Below are positions 1 to 8,606 of a DNA stretch of 64,000 nt, one piece after another; position 1 is the first letter of the stretch; each line of letters starts with the position of its first letter. Source of the DNA: an uncultured Chthonomonadaceae bacterium (GTDB taxonomy: Bacteria > Armatimonadota > Chthonomonadetes > Chthonomonadales > Chthonomonadaceae); contig CAWIEK010000001.1 of the NCBI GenBank assembly GCA_963835065.1, positions 96,001 to 160,000 of the forward strand. Direction: 5' to 3'. The notes beneath the pieces were generated by a model, which had not been told where the DNA came from, searched no databases, and saw only the letters and a list, made by a program, of their open reading frames with translations. A program made the position numbers and the translations under genes.

Positions 1-117
1 GCGTTCGACAGCAGGGAAAGCCGCGCTACGCTGAAGCGCGTACCGGCAATCCGGCAGCGGGCAAGGAAAAATTATCTTCTTCCTTATTATACACACTTTT
101 ATACGTATCGCGCCCGC

Positions 118-1050
118 TTAAAAGCCCACATTTCCCGTCTGCGGCTTCAAATTTCTCGCAAAAAATTCATCGGCAAGCGCGCCATAGGAAGCGGGCATCG
201 CGGGGTTGAGAAAGCCATGCCCCTGTTTGTAGACCGTGAACAGGGATGCGCTCACGCTGGCGGCGCGAAGGGCATTATACAGGCGTTCGGATTGGTCGAG
301 CGGCACGAGCGGATCGGCGCTGCCATGTATAATCAGGAACGGCGACGATTTGCCGTCCACATACGTAACGGGCGAACTGGACTTGTACAGGTCGGGCGCT
401 TCTTCGGGTTTTTTGCCCAGGAAGTTAGCGACAATGGCGGCGGCGAGGGGAGAGTTTTTGGCTTGGTCGGGCGAAAGGGTAAAGTCCGCCGGCCCGTAAA
501 AGTCCACCACGCACTGAATACGGCTGCTGTAACCGGCAAGGTCGGCGTCGCTGTTGTCGCGGGTGTCGCGGGTTCCGAGCAGAGCCACGAGGTAGCCGCC
601 CGCCGAATCGCCCAAGCCGCCGATGCGCTGCGGGTCTACATTGTATTTATCGGCATGGGCGCGTATCCACCGTACCGCCCGCTGCGAATCATCCAATTGC
701 GCCGGGTACTTGTTGGCGGCTGCCGTGAGCAGGCGGTAGTTGATGGAAAACGCCGAGTAGCCTTTCGCCGCTAATGCCTTGCCCATCGGCGCGTAAAACT
801 TCTTATCCCCGCCCGACCAGCCGCCGCCATGTATCAGCACAATGGCCGGATGCTTGCCCGCTCCATTGGCCGGATAGTAGGCGTCCAGCATCAGTTTCGC
901 ATCCCCCGCCGTGCCGTAAACTACATCGGTTTCGGTTTTTACGTCTGCTTGCGCGGGCGCGGCCTGCTGCGCTTTCACGCTGGGTGCAGCAAACGCAAGA
1001 TGGAGACAGAGCAAACTGGAGGTGATGAGTAGATGTCGTCGTGTGAACAT
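118..1050 (-). CDS. Secreted alpha/beta hydrolase (HSL-like esterase/lipase)
   Basis: HGGGW oxyanion motif, GDSAG nucleophile elbow, HGxxD and GHGF motifs. N-terminal signal peptide starts at MFTRRHLL (ATG 1050). Confidence 0.9.
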   Translation of the reverse strand: MFTRRHLLITSSLLCLHLAFAAPSVKAQQAAPAQADVKTETDVVYGTAGDAKLMLDAYYPANGAGKHPAIVLIHGGGWSGGDKKFYAPMGKALAAKGYSAFSINYRLLTAAANKYPAQLDDSQRAVRWIRAHADKYNVDPQRIGGLGDSAGGYLVALLGTRDTRDNSDADLAGYSSRIQCVVDFYGPADFTLSPDQAKNSPLAAAIVANFLGKKPEEAPDLYKSSSPVTYVDGKSSPFLIIHGSADPLVPLDQSERLYNALRAASVSASLFTVYKQGHGFLNPAMPASYGALADEFFARNLKPQTGNVGF

Positions 1051-1061
1051 AATTTTTCCTG

Positions 1062-1935
1062 TCAAATGCGAACAGACTCCAGGTAGAGTAATGCTTGATG
1101 GAAGAATGTTTCCGCTTTGGTTCGGTCGTGCGTAAAAAGGCGTACAAAGCAACGCAGACAATTGGTATGTGGGCTTTTTAGGGAGAGTAATACTTGTGCA
1201 TACCGGGCGCTTTCTGTCGAACCATTTTCTTCCTGCCTCAGCGCAAGGAACAAACCGACAATTCGCTCCGATCGTTCGCGTATTAATTCCTCACGCTCCA
1301 CAAGGTTCAAATAAGTCAATCGTTACGCGGGCGCGCTGATAGGCATAGCTTGTATTATCGCATGAAGCGGGAACGGGTACATACCCATCAAAGCGAATTA
1401 ACTCCGCAGGGTCTTCATCCAAATCACCGAGCGGGTAGATGAGCAACGACTGCTCGACTGTAAGATTGCGCGGATCGTCCTGCCCACTAATTCTATTTCC
1501 GGCAATGGGAAAATAGTTACTCTTCAAATCACTATTACACGGCTTACAGGCTACAGCGTAATTGAGTAGATTGTACGCCAGCAAGTAGTAACCTTCGGCA
1601 AAATCGCCGCCTGTGGAAAACGAATACACAAGTGGAGAGTCTCTATCTGCCGAAGGCCAGGCGCGAACGACACTCTTCGGGCGAAAATGCTCTACGTCAT
1701 GTTCAATTTTACCGTGTTTCTCTGCTGCTAATTGGCGTTCACAGTACGCGCATTTGTCGTGCTGAACTCGCATGAAAACGGCTTTGATCTCGCTCCAGAT
1801 GGGCGCAGGCGGTTCTTCGTACTTACCTGTCAGCCGGAACGCTTCGGTGCGCTCCTGTGCGCGTTGGCGCCAATTCGGACTTGCGGCATCAACGTCGGCT
1901 TCCAGTTGCGCCTGCGTTACCGGATAGCGTATCAT
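1062..1935 (-). CDS. HNH endonuclease (Septu PtuB / retron-effector HNH-like), apparent frameshift near 1310
   Basis: CAYCE, HDVEHFRPK and ACKPCN zinc/HNH motifs. ORF 1291-1935 appears to continue in frame 1062-1319 (NLVEREELIRER). Start overlaps the ATPase stop. Confidence 0.8.
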
Positions 1936-3257
1936 CCTGAAGTGTCCTGCGCGCTGCTGTTTGCTGAAGCGGAAGGCGCGGTGGCTTCAACGGGTTCAAA
2001 GCCGTCCGTCAGGCGGCGCAAAAATTCCAGCGAGGCGTTTTCATCTCCTGCCCAGGCATCACGCGCAAGTTCGTGCATTTGCTTGACGGCATCCGGGGCG
2101 CGGGGTGTCGGCAGGCCGAAGTAAGGACTGGTCAGTATCTGATCAGAACTCAGGCCGTGAATCCGTTGTTTGCCCGGATGAACCGTAGCCGCGCCGGTTT
2201 CTGGATCGGTTTCCGTAACGAAGATATTAGCGGCTTCTAAAGTGCCTGCAACAATCGGACTGTGACTGGTAAAGAAGAATTGCAGGTTGGGAAACGTTGT
2301 CGCCAGCGATTCCACAACCGTTCGCTGCCATGCCGGATGCAGCAGCAAATCCAATTCATCCACCATGACCACGCCGCGCAATTCCGTCAGTTTCTTTCCT
2401 TCCGGCGTGACACGGCACATATAATAGAGCAAATCTCCAACCCACCCAATGAAGGCGCGGTAGCCATCTGACAAAGCTTCAAACGGCAAGGATGTGCCAC
2501 GTACATCGAACATCATTTCTTTGCCGCTACGAAAGTAAAGTTGTACATCGCAGGGCAACAGCCGATTTAGCAGTTCAACGCCTTCCTGTAATCGATTCTG
2601 GTCCTGTAACTGTGTTCGCCATGCATTGATGGCAGTTAATCCAAAATAATCCTCAAATAATCCGGCGACCCTCTGATAGCGTAAACCTCGCGCTTTGCTT
2701 CGCGCGCTGCTATCAAAGTTTTCAGAGTTTTCCACGCGGCGAGTTGCGCCGTATCCTGCCAAGAAAAACACAAGAGAGTCTTCATCGAACAAACCTGCTG
2801 TAAGTTGTTCAAGATACTCGCTAGATTGATAAGGAGGTATTATCTTCTCTGTTGAAAGCCTGTTCTGAATAGCGGATGCTAGCGAAATGCGGCGTTCTTG
2901 AAAATTGTCCCAAATGGCAGGATGAATATATGTCTCTTCTTGTGCATGAATGGAAAGGTTCACAGATAGTTCGGCGTACCGCCATACCATATCTACGTCA
3001 TGACTCTCAGCTCTCGCAAGCCGGACAAGGTAATAAGGACGAAAACCAGTGGTATCAATGATAGGAGCCAATACAGATAAAGAAATCGCTTTCAATACGG
3101 CTGTTTTGCCCGTACCGTTGTCACCAAGAAGTAAATTCACATTGGGCAGGCGTGGAGTGGCTTGACCTTCCTTAGCAGGACGACCAGGGTACTGAAACTC
3201 CATTGCCACTTCTTCAAAGCAGCGAAATTGTTTGACGCTCAGGCTTTCGATGTACAC
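1932..3257 (-). CDS. ABC/AAA_21-type ATPase (Septu PtuA-like)
   Basis: Walker A GDNGTGKT, signature LSDG, Walker B VMVDELDLLLHP, H-loop TSHSP. Coupled to the HNH gene. Confidence 0.85.
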   Translation of the reverse strand: MYIESLSVKQFRCFEEVAMEFQYPGRPAKEGQATPRLPNVNLLLGDNGTGKTAVLKAISLSVLAPIIDTTGFRPYYLVRLARAESHDVDMVWRYAELSVNLSIHAQEETYIHPAIWDNFQERRISLASAIQNRLSTEKIIPPYQSSEYLEQLTAGLFDEDSLVFFLAGYGATRRVENSENFDSSARSKARGLRYQRVAGLFEDYFGLTAINAWRTQLQDQNRLQEGVELLNRLLPCDVQLYFRSGKEMMFDVRGTSLPFEALSDGYRAFIGWVGDLLYYMCRVTPEGKKLTELRGVVMVDELDLLLHPAWQRTVVESLATTFPNLQFFFTSHSPIVAGTLEAANIFVTETDPETGAATVHPGKQRIHGLSSDQILTSPYFGLPTPRAPDAVKQMHELARDAWAGDENASLEFLRRLTDGFEPVEATAPSASANSSAQDTSG

Positions 3258-3329
3258 GCTTGCCTGACCTTTCTCGAACCAGGTACGTCAGTACGGTTAT
3301 GCGAAGGGTTCAGACCGCCGCGCCCGCGT

Positions 3330-5888
3330 TTATTCTTCCACAGACGCTACGGCGACTTTCTTGCGTGTCGTTCCAACGGGCTTTGTTGTGACTGCTTTCA
3401 CGGCGGTTGCTTTCACGGCAGTTTTGGCTGCGGTTGTCTTTGGGGCTGTTGTTTTGGCTGCCGTTGTTTTCGTTGCCGTTGTCTTCGTTGCCGTTGTCTT
3501 TGTGGCGGCGGTTTTGGTTGTGGCGCGTTTCGGTTTCACGCCCTCGTCCGTTGCGCCGTTTGCCGACGTTTTGGTTGTCCGCGTGGTTCTCGTGGCGGTT
3601 TTCGCGGCTGCAGTGGTTTTCTTCGCGCCGCGCTTGCCCGCGTTCTCGTCATACGTGCAGGCGAAGGGCTGGTTGTCCTGGAGGCTGCCGTCGGGCTTCA
3701 CTTTCAGCATGGTGCGGCACTTCGGATAGGAACTGCATCCCAGAAACGGCCCGAAACGCCCCTGCCGCGACAGCATTATGCCCAGATGCTGCGGGCAAAC
3801 GTGTTCTGTCGCATTAGGCAATGTGGACGGATCAACGGGCGTTTTGTCCCCGCCGCTTACCAATCCGCATTGGAAGTTCGCGCCTTCCGCCGGCTTGCCT
3901 TCCGCATCCAGTTTCAGAATTTTCTTACATTCCGGGTAGCCGCTGCACCCCATGAACTCGCCAAACCGTCCCATCCGCAGCAGCATCACTTTGCCGGTAT
4001 CGGGGCAGTGGTACTCGGTTTCCACCGGCTGCGGCTTCAGGTTTTCCATCTCCTCTTTGGCCGCGTTGACGGACAGCTCGAACGGATCGTAGAACGCGCG
4101 CAGCAGGCTGACCCAGTCCACGCGCCCCTCTTCCACTTCGTCCAGCTTGGTTTCCATGTCCGCCGTAAACGTCACATCCATAATGGTCGGGAAATGCTTG
4201 ACCAACTGCTCGGTCACTTTGAAGCCCAATTCCGTAGGATAAAACCGCTTGTCGGTCAAATCCACGTACTTGCGATCCCGGATCACGGAAATAATGCTGG
4301 CATACGTGCTGGGACGCCCGATACCGCGCTCTTCCAACGCCTTGACAATCGTAGCTTCCGTGTAGCGGGGCGGCGGCTCCGTAAAGTGCTGGCGCGGCTC
4401 CAGCCGGTTCAAATCCAGTTCCTGCCCCGTAGCCAACGGCGGCAGGGGCGGCTGCTCGTCATCGCCCACTTCTTCCGTATCCTTGCCCTCGGTATACACG
4501 CGCATAAACCCATCGAATTTGACAACGGTTCCGGTAGCGCGGAAAACATAGGGGAGTGATGAGTGATGAGTGATGAGTGATGAATTTGAATTCCGTTCAT
4601 CATTCATCATTCCGCGTTCATCATTTCTCCTTGCATTGATGTCTGCCGTCGTCACGTCCATGATGGCGGGGTTCATCTGGCTGGCAACGAAGCGCTGCCA
4701 GATCAGACGGTACAGGCGAAGTTGTTCGCTGGTCAGAGAATTGGCGATTTTGTCCGGTTCGAATTCTACATGCGTGGGGCGAATGGCTTCATGGGCGTCC
4801 TGCGCGGCGTTCTTGGATTTGAACTGCTTGCCGGCGGCGGGAACATACGCGGGGCCATACTTTTCCAAAATGAACTGGCGGGCGGCGGCCTGCGCTTCCC
4901 CGGCCACGCGCACCGAGTCGGTACGCATGTAAGTTATCAAGCCCACGCTGCCGTGCCCCGCGATTTCCACGCCCTCGTACAAGTGCTGCGCGACGGACAT
5001 GGTGCGCTTGTTGCCGAAGCCCAATTTGCGCGATGCTTCCTGCTGCAGGGTGCTGGTGATGAACGGCGCGGCGGCGTTGCGCTTCTGTTCGCGCCGTTTT
5101 ACATCGCCAACCGTAAAGTCGGGACGGCGCGACGGGGGAACTTCCGCCAAAAACGTATCGCCTTCGCCCTGACGAACATCCGGCAGGCCCAGGTCGCGCA
5201 GAACCGCGTTGATTTCATCTTCGGTTTTGGGTTCCACGCGCTGCCCGCCCCGGCTGTGCAATTTGGCCGGGAACAAAAACTTCTTTTCGGGAAGTTGCGG
5301 CGTCAGAATGGCCGTCAGCGACCAGTATTCTTCAGGCTTGAAGGCTTGAATCTCGCGTTCGCGGTCACAAATAAGCCGCACGGCAACCGACTGTACGCGC
5401 CCCGCCGACAATCCCTTTTGTATCTTCTTGGACAGTACCGGCGACAGTTTATAGCCGATAAGCCGATCCAACACGCGCCGCGCCTGCTGCGCGTTCACGC
5501 GATCCATGTTCACGGTACGCGGGTTCGCCAGTGCCTGCTGCACCGCCGTTTGCGTGATCTCGTTAAACTGAATACGCCGCGCGTCCTTGAGTTTCAAGGC
5601 TTCGGCCAGATGCCACGCTATCGCCTCGCCTTCGCGGTCAGGGTCGGAAGCGAGATACACGATTTTCACGCGCTTGGCGGCATTGGCAAGCCGTTCCAGC
5701 ACGTCGGCGCGGTCGGGCAGGGGCTGGTACGTGGGCGCGAAATCCTTGTTGACATCCACGCCGAGCCGCGCCGTAGGCAGATCGCGCACATGCCCCATGC
5801 TGGCTTCCACCAGATAGTCGGCGCCCAAAAAGTTTTTCAGCGTTTTGGTCTTCGCGGGAGACTCAACAATAATAAGCGCTTTCGCCAT
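3330..5888 (-). CDS. topA: DNA topoisomerase I (type IA) with Zn ribbons and a K/T/A-rich tail
   Basis: IVESPAK, DPDREGE, SAGRVQS, LITYMRTDS, QDAHEAIRP and GIGRPST motifs. GCSxYPxC ribbons and KTTA repeats at the C-terminus. Confidence 0.97.
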   Translation of the reverse strand: MAKALIIVESPAKTKTLKNFLGADYLVEASMGHVRDLPTARLGVDVNKDFAPTYQPLPDRADVLERLANAAKRVKIVYLASDPDREGEAIAWHLAEALKLKDARRIQFNEITQTAVQQALANPRTVNMDRVNAQQARRVLDRLIGYKLSPVLSKKIQKGLSAGRVQSVAVRLICDREREIQAFKPEEYWSLTAILTPQLPEKKFLFPAKLHSRGGQRVEPKTEDEINAVLRDLGLPDVRQGEGDTFLAEVPPSRRPDFTVGDVKRREQKRNAAAPFITSTLQQEASRKLGFGNKRTMSVAQHLYEGVEIAGHGSVGLITYMRTDSVRVAGEAQAAARQFILEKYGPAYVPAAGKQFKSKNAAQDAHEAIRPTHVEFEPDKIANSLTSEQLRLYRLIWQRFVASQMNPAIMDVTTADINARRNDERGMMNDERNSNSSLITHHSSLPYVFRATGTVVKFDGFMRVYTEGKDTEEVGDDEQPPLPPLATGQELDLNRLEPRQHFTEPPPRYTEATIVKALEERGIGRPSTYASIISVIRDRKYVDLTDKRFYPTELGFKVTEQLVKHFPTIMDVTFTADMETKLDEVEEGRVDWVSLLRAFYDPFELSVNAAKEEMENLKPQPVETEYHCPDTGKVMLLRMGRFGEFMGCSGYPECKKILKLDAEGKPAEGANFQCGLVSGGDKTPVDPSTLPNATEHVCPQHLGIMLSRQGRFGPFLGCSSYPKCRTMLKVKPDGSLQDNQPFACTYDENAGKRGAKKTTAAAKTATRTTRTTKTSANGATDEGVKPKRATTKTAATKTTATKTTATKTTAAKTTAPKTTAAKTAVKATAVKAVTTKPVGTTRKKVAVASVEE
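4554..4630. repeat. Heptamer tandem repeats in frame within topA
   Basis: (GAGTGAT)x4 followed by TTCATCA-like units. Translates as RRNDERGMMNDERNSNSSLITHHSSL. Confidence 0.85.
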
Positions 5889-5914
5889 ACGGGTATTGCC
5901 TTTAGGAAGTAAAT

Positions 5915-6030
5915 AGGGAACAGGGAACAGGAAATAGTCTTTCAATTCCAGGTAGTTTTGGTTATTGTGACGGAAGGATCACGCGATGTATGAACTTTCT
6001 GTTCCCTGTTCCCTGTTCCCTGTTTCCTGT
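5915..6030. repeat. GGGAACA / TGTTCCC heptamer arrays in inverted orientation
   Basis: gggaacagggaacagg near 5915 and tgttccctgttccctgttccctgtttcctg near 6000. Confidence 0.8.
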
Positions 6031-6033
6031 ATC

Positions 6034-6513
6034 TTACCTGCGCCCTTGCGCTTTGTCAAGGCGCAGGGCTTGTGATTGGAGGGCGGCAAAGTTGGCGGGC
6101 GGCACGTAGCCGGGCAGTCTGCCCAAAACACGCCCGCTTTCGTCCGCAAAAACTGTCGTGGGGTACTCGTGAACGCCGTATTGCTGCGCCAATTGGGGTT
6201 CGGTTTCGCCATCTATGCGGACGCAGGTAAATTGGCGGGCTAACTCTATGACGCGGGGATCGGCAAACGTTTCCGCTTCCATTTTGGCGCACCACTCGCA
6301 GCCGGGGGTATGAAATTCCAGCAGGAGGGGACGGGCGGCATGTTGGGCGCGGGTTTGCGCCTGCGGCATTTCGGACAGCCACGCGATGTCGCTCCCCACT
6401 TGGCCGCCGCGCACCGCGCCCATGATGCCGACGCCAAGCAGCAGGGCAAGCGGCAGCGCCGATCCCATAAGGCCGGATTTTGTTGGTTTACGCCAGCGTT
6501 TCAAAAGCATCAA
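6034..6513 (-). CDS. Thioredoxin-family protein with N-terminal membrane anchor
   Basis: GCEWC CxxC motif, YPTTVF cis-Pro region, GRLPGY. Confidence 0.85.
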   Translation of the reverse strand: MMLLKRWRKPTKSGLMGSALPLALLLGVGIMGAVRGGQVGSDIAWLSEMPQAQTRAQHAARPLLLEFHTPGCEWCAKMEAETFADPRVIELARQFTCVRIDGETEPQLAQQYGVHEYPTTVFADESGRVLGRLPGYVPPANFAALQSQALRLDKAQGRR

Positions 6514-8606
6514 GCGCGTTGCTCCTCAGCAAAACAACTTATCAGCGCTGCCAGCAGCAGCAGGGGCGCGACATGAAGGGTCAGGCGCTCCACGCTGCTG
6601 ATGATATGGGCGGGAAGCGCGGACGGGGTTATCATATAAATGCCTATGTAGCCGCAAAATTGTACTCCGGCGAACAGCCAGAGCGGGCCTGTCAGGGCAA
6701 GGCGGCGTTTACGCGCGGCGATGCCCCCTGCCAGTATAATCACGCCCAACAATCCCCATGCGGGGAACCGGGGACCAAGCCACACAAATTGTTTGCCGAA
6801 CCCATATACCATAGCGTACCACATTCGCCACCAGAGCAAGCGAATCGTGAAATGCGGCGGATGTGTCGGCTGCATCACATCGTTGGTCAAATTCCAGCGC
6901 TGTTTGAGCAGCCACCAGGGCAGGCAAGCCAGAACGGGAGCAAGCAGCCACCAGGACAGCCTGCGTTCCTGTTTTTGTTGCGGAGCGTTGCCGGTAGATG
7001 CTGCGGCAGTGTTGCCTGCTATTTCTGTTCCGGTTGCCTGTTCCATTCCTGCGATAGTAGATGCCGGGGGAACAATGCCTGTTGCTGAATTGTCGGCAGG
7101 AACGGCAGGCGGAACGCGGCGGGCGCGTAAAAAGTGCCAACCAATGACGAGAAACGCCGATACGCAGGCAAGCAATCCCTCGTTTTTGACTAAAATTACG
7201 CCCGCCAGCATCCATCCGACGAGCGGCCATGCCGCATTTTCCCGCTCTACAAGGACGCGCATGAGAAACACGCCCGCGCCGAGCATGTAAAGCGCCAGGG
7301 GCAAATCCGCATACCCGGAAACGGCATGAAGCGTCACTTCCGGCAAGCCGGAAAGCAGGGCGGTTGCTACGAGCGCGTAAACGGGCGGCACATAGCGCAG
7401 CGCGGACGCAGCGAAAATCGCCAGCAAGTCGGCATAAAACAGCAGTCCGTTCGCCTGCGCCCAATGCAAATCTATCGCGTTGAAATGCCGGTAGTTCCAC
7501 CACGTCAGCAGGGGCGTGAGCAGGGGATAATCAAAGTGCGCGTAAGGGAACTGCGCCGGATTTTGCCAGAGGCTTAAATTGCCGTCCAGAAACAGGACTT
7601 TAGCTTTCAATTGCCAGATGGCAACTGCGTCCCAATCCAGCCCGATCAGTCCCATGCGTTCCAGAGCGGTAAATACGCCAAGCAGCAGGGCGGCGCGACA
7701 AAGATAATCACGCCAGTTCTCCTTAACGGCTTGCCGTACAAACCGGTGTGTTTGGGGCGACGGGCTGAACCCCTTCGCTGTATGGCGTTCCGCCGACTGT
7801 CCTTCGGACAAAAATTCCCTAAATACAGAGTTGTGTCCGAAGGACACTGGGCCGCAGGCCATACAGCGAAGGGGTTCAGCCCGTCGCCCCAAACACACCG
7901 CACATAAACCCGCCACCCCAACATACACCGGCCAAACCAACGGCTTGCCGACACACGCAATACAAAGCGTCTGCATGACGGCGAACGCGGCTACGCCGAT
8001 AAGATGCGCAATGGCAAAATTGGCCCACCAGGTTTCAAACGGCGGCGCGCGCAGCGTCAGCGTCATCAGCAGAACGCCTAATACAACCACTGCAAGCAGG
8101 CTGAACGCGCCGGAAACCAAGCGTAAAATAAAGGGCAAGCGAGGTTCGGGCGTTGACACGGGCGCGGCATTGGCAAGACGGTTTGAAAACGCAAGCAGGG
8201 CGCGGGAATCCTGTCCTGCCATTCGCCAGGCAAGCGGTTCTTGTTTTTGTCGCGCTTCCAGAACCGGAGCCATGCGCCCAAAAGCCAGAATGCCCTCATA
8301 GCGCGACAGGGCATCCGGCGGCAGGCTGTTGGAAACAATGTCAATGTGGTGCGGGTACAGGAAATAAATCAGCCGGGTGCTGAAATGGAAATGGGTTTGA
8401 TCCTGATTGGAAACCAGCAGTAGCAGGCGCGCGTTCGTCGGCAGGGGCGCGATCCAGCGTACCGCGTCCTGCACGGCCTGCTCGTCCGCGTCGTTCGCCA
8501 GGTGGCGCTGTACGGGCAGCCGCCACACGACAGCAAGCGCATTAACCACAGTTACCAACAAGGCAAACGCCCATAACAATGTTAGATTTTTCGAGCGCTG
8601 GCCCAT
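6510..8606 (-). CDS. Polytopic membrane protein, GT-C/PMT-like glycosyltransferase
   Basis: Many TM segments. WDAVAIWQLKAK, DYPLL, GYADLP and VKNEG motifs resemble GT-C-like proteins. Confidence 0.65.
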   Translation of the reverse strand: MGQRSKNLTLLWAFALLVTVVNALAVVWRLPVQRHLANDADEQAVQDAVRWIAPLPTNARLLLLVSNQDQTHFHFSTRLIYFLYPHHIDIVSNSLPPDALSRYEGILAFGRMAPVLEARQKQEPLAWRMAGQDSRALLAFSNRLANAAPVSTPEPRLPFILRLVSGAFSLLAVVVLGVLLMTLTLRAPPFETWWANFAIAHLIGVAAFAVMQTLCIACVGKPLVWPVYVGVAGLCAVCLGRRAEPLRCMACGPVSFGHNSVFREFLSEGQSAERHTAKGFSPSPQTHRFVRQAVKENWRDYLCRAALLLGVFTALERMGLIGLDWDAVAIWQLKAKVLFLDGNLSLWQNPAQFPYAHFDYPLLTPLLTWWNYRHFNAIDLHWAQANGLLFYADLLAIFAASALRYVPPVYALVATALLSGLPEVTLHAVSGYADLPLALYMLGAGVFLMRVLVERENAAWPLVGWMLAGVILVKNEGLLACVSAFLVIGWHFLRARRVPPAVPADNSATGIVPPASTIAGMEQATGTEIAGNTAAASTGNAPQQKQERRLSWWLLAPVLACLPWWLLKQRWNLTNDVMQPTHPPHFTIRLLWWRMWYAMVYGFGKQFVWLGPRFPAWGLLGVIILAGGIAARKRRLALTGPLWLFAGVQFCGYIGIYMITPSALPAHIISSVERLTLHVAPLLLLAALISCFAEEQRA
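7744..7900. repeat. REP-doublet-like palindromic element in frame inside the membrane protein gene
   Basis: Perfect 43-bp inverted repeat (7744-7786 / 7858-7900) with inner TGTCCTTCGGACA / TGTCCGAAGGACA. Related copy at 28191-28377. Confidence 0.9.

Noticed and set aside
1062..3330. Retron
   Set aside because: No reverse transcriptase ORF and no room for msr/msd next to the ATPase/HNH pair.
3400..3620. KTTA repeats in the topA tail as a novel element
   Set aside because: Lys/Ala-rich C-terminal tails are already known in bacterial TopA proteins.
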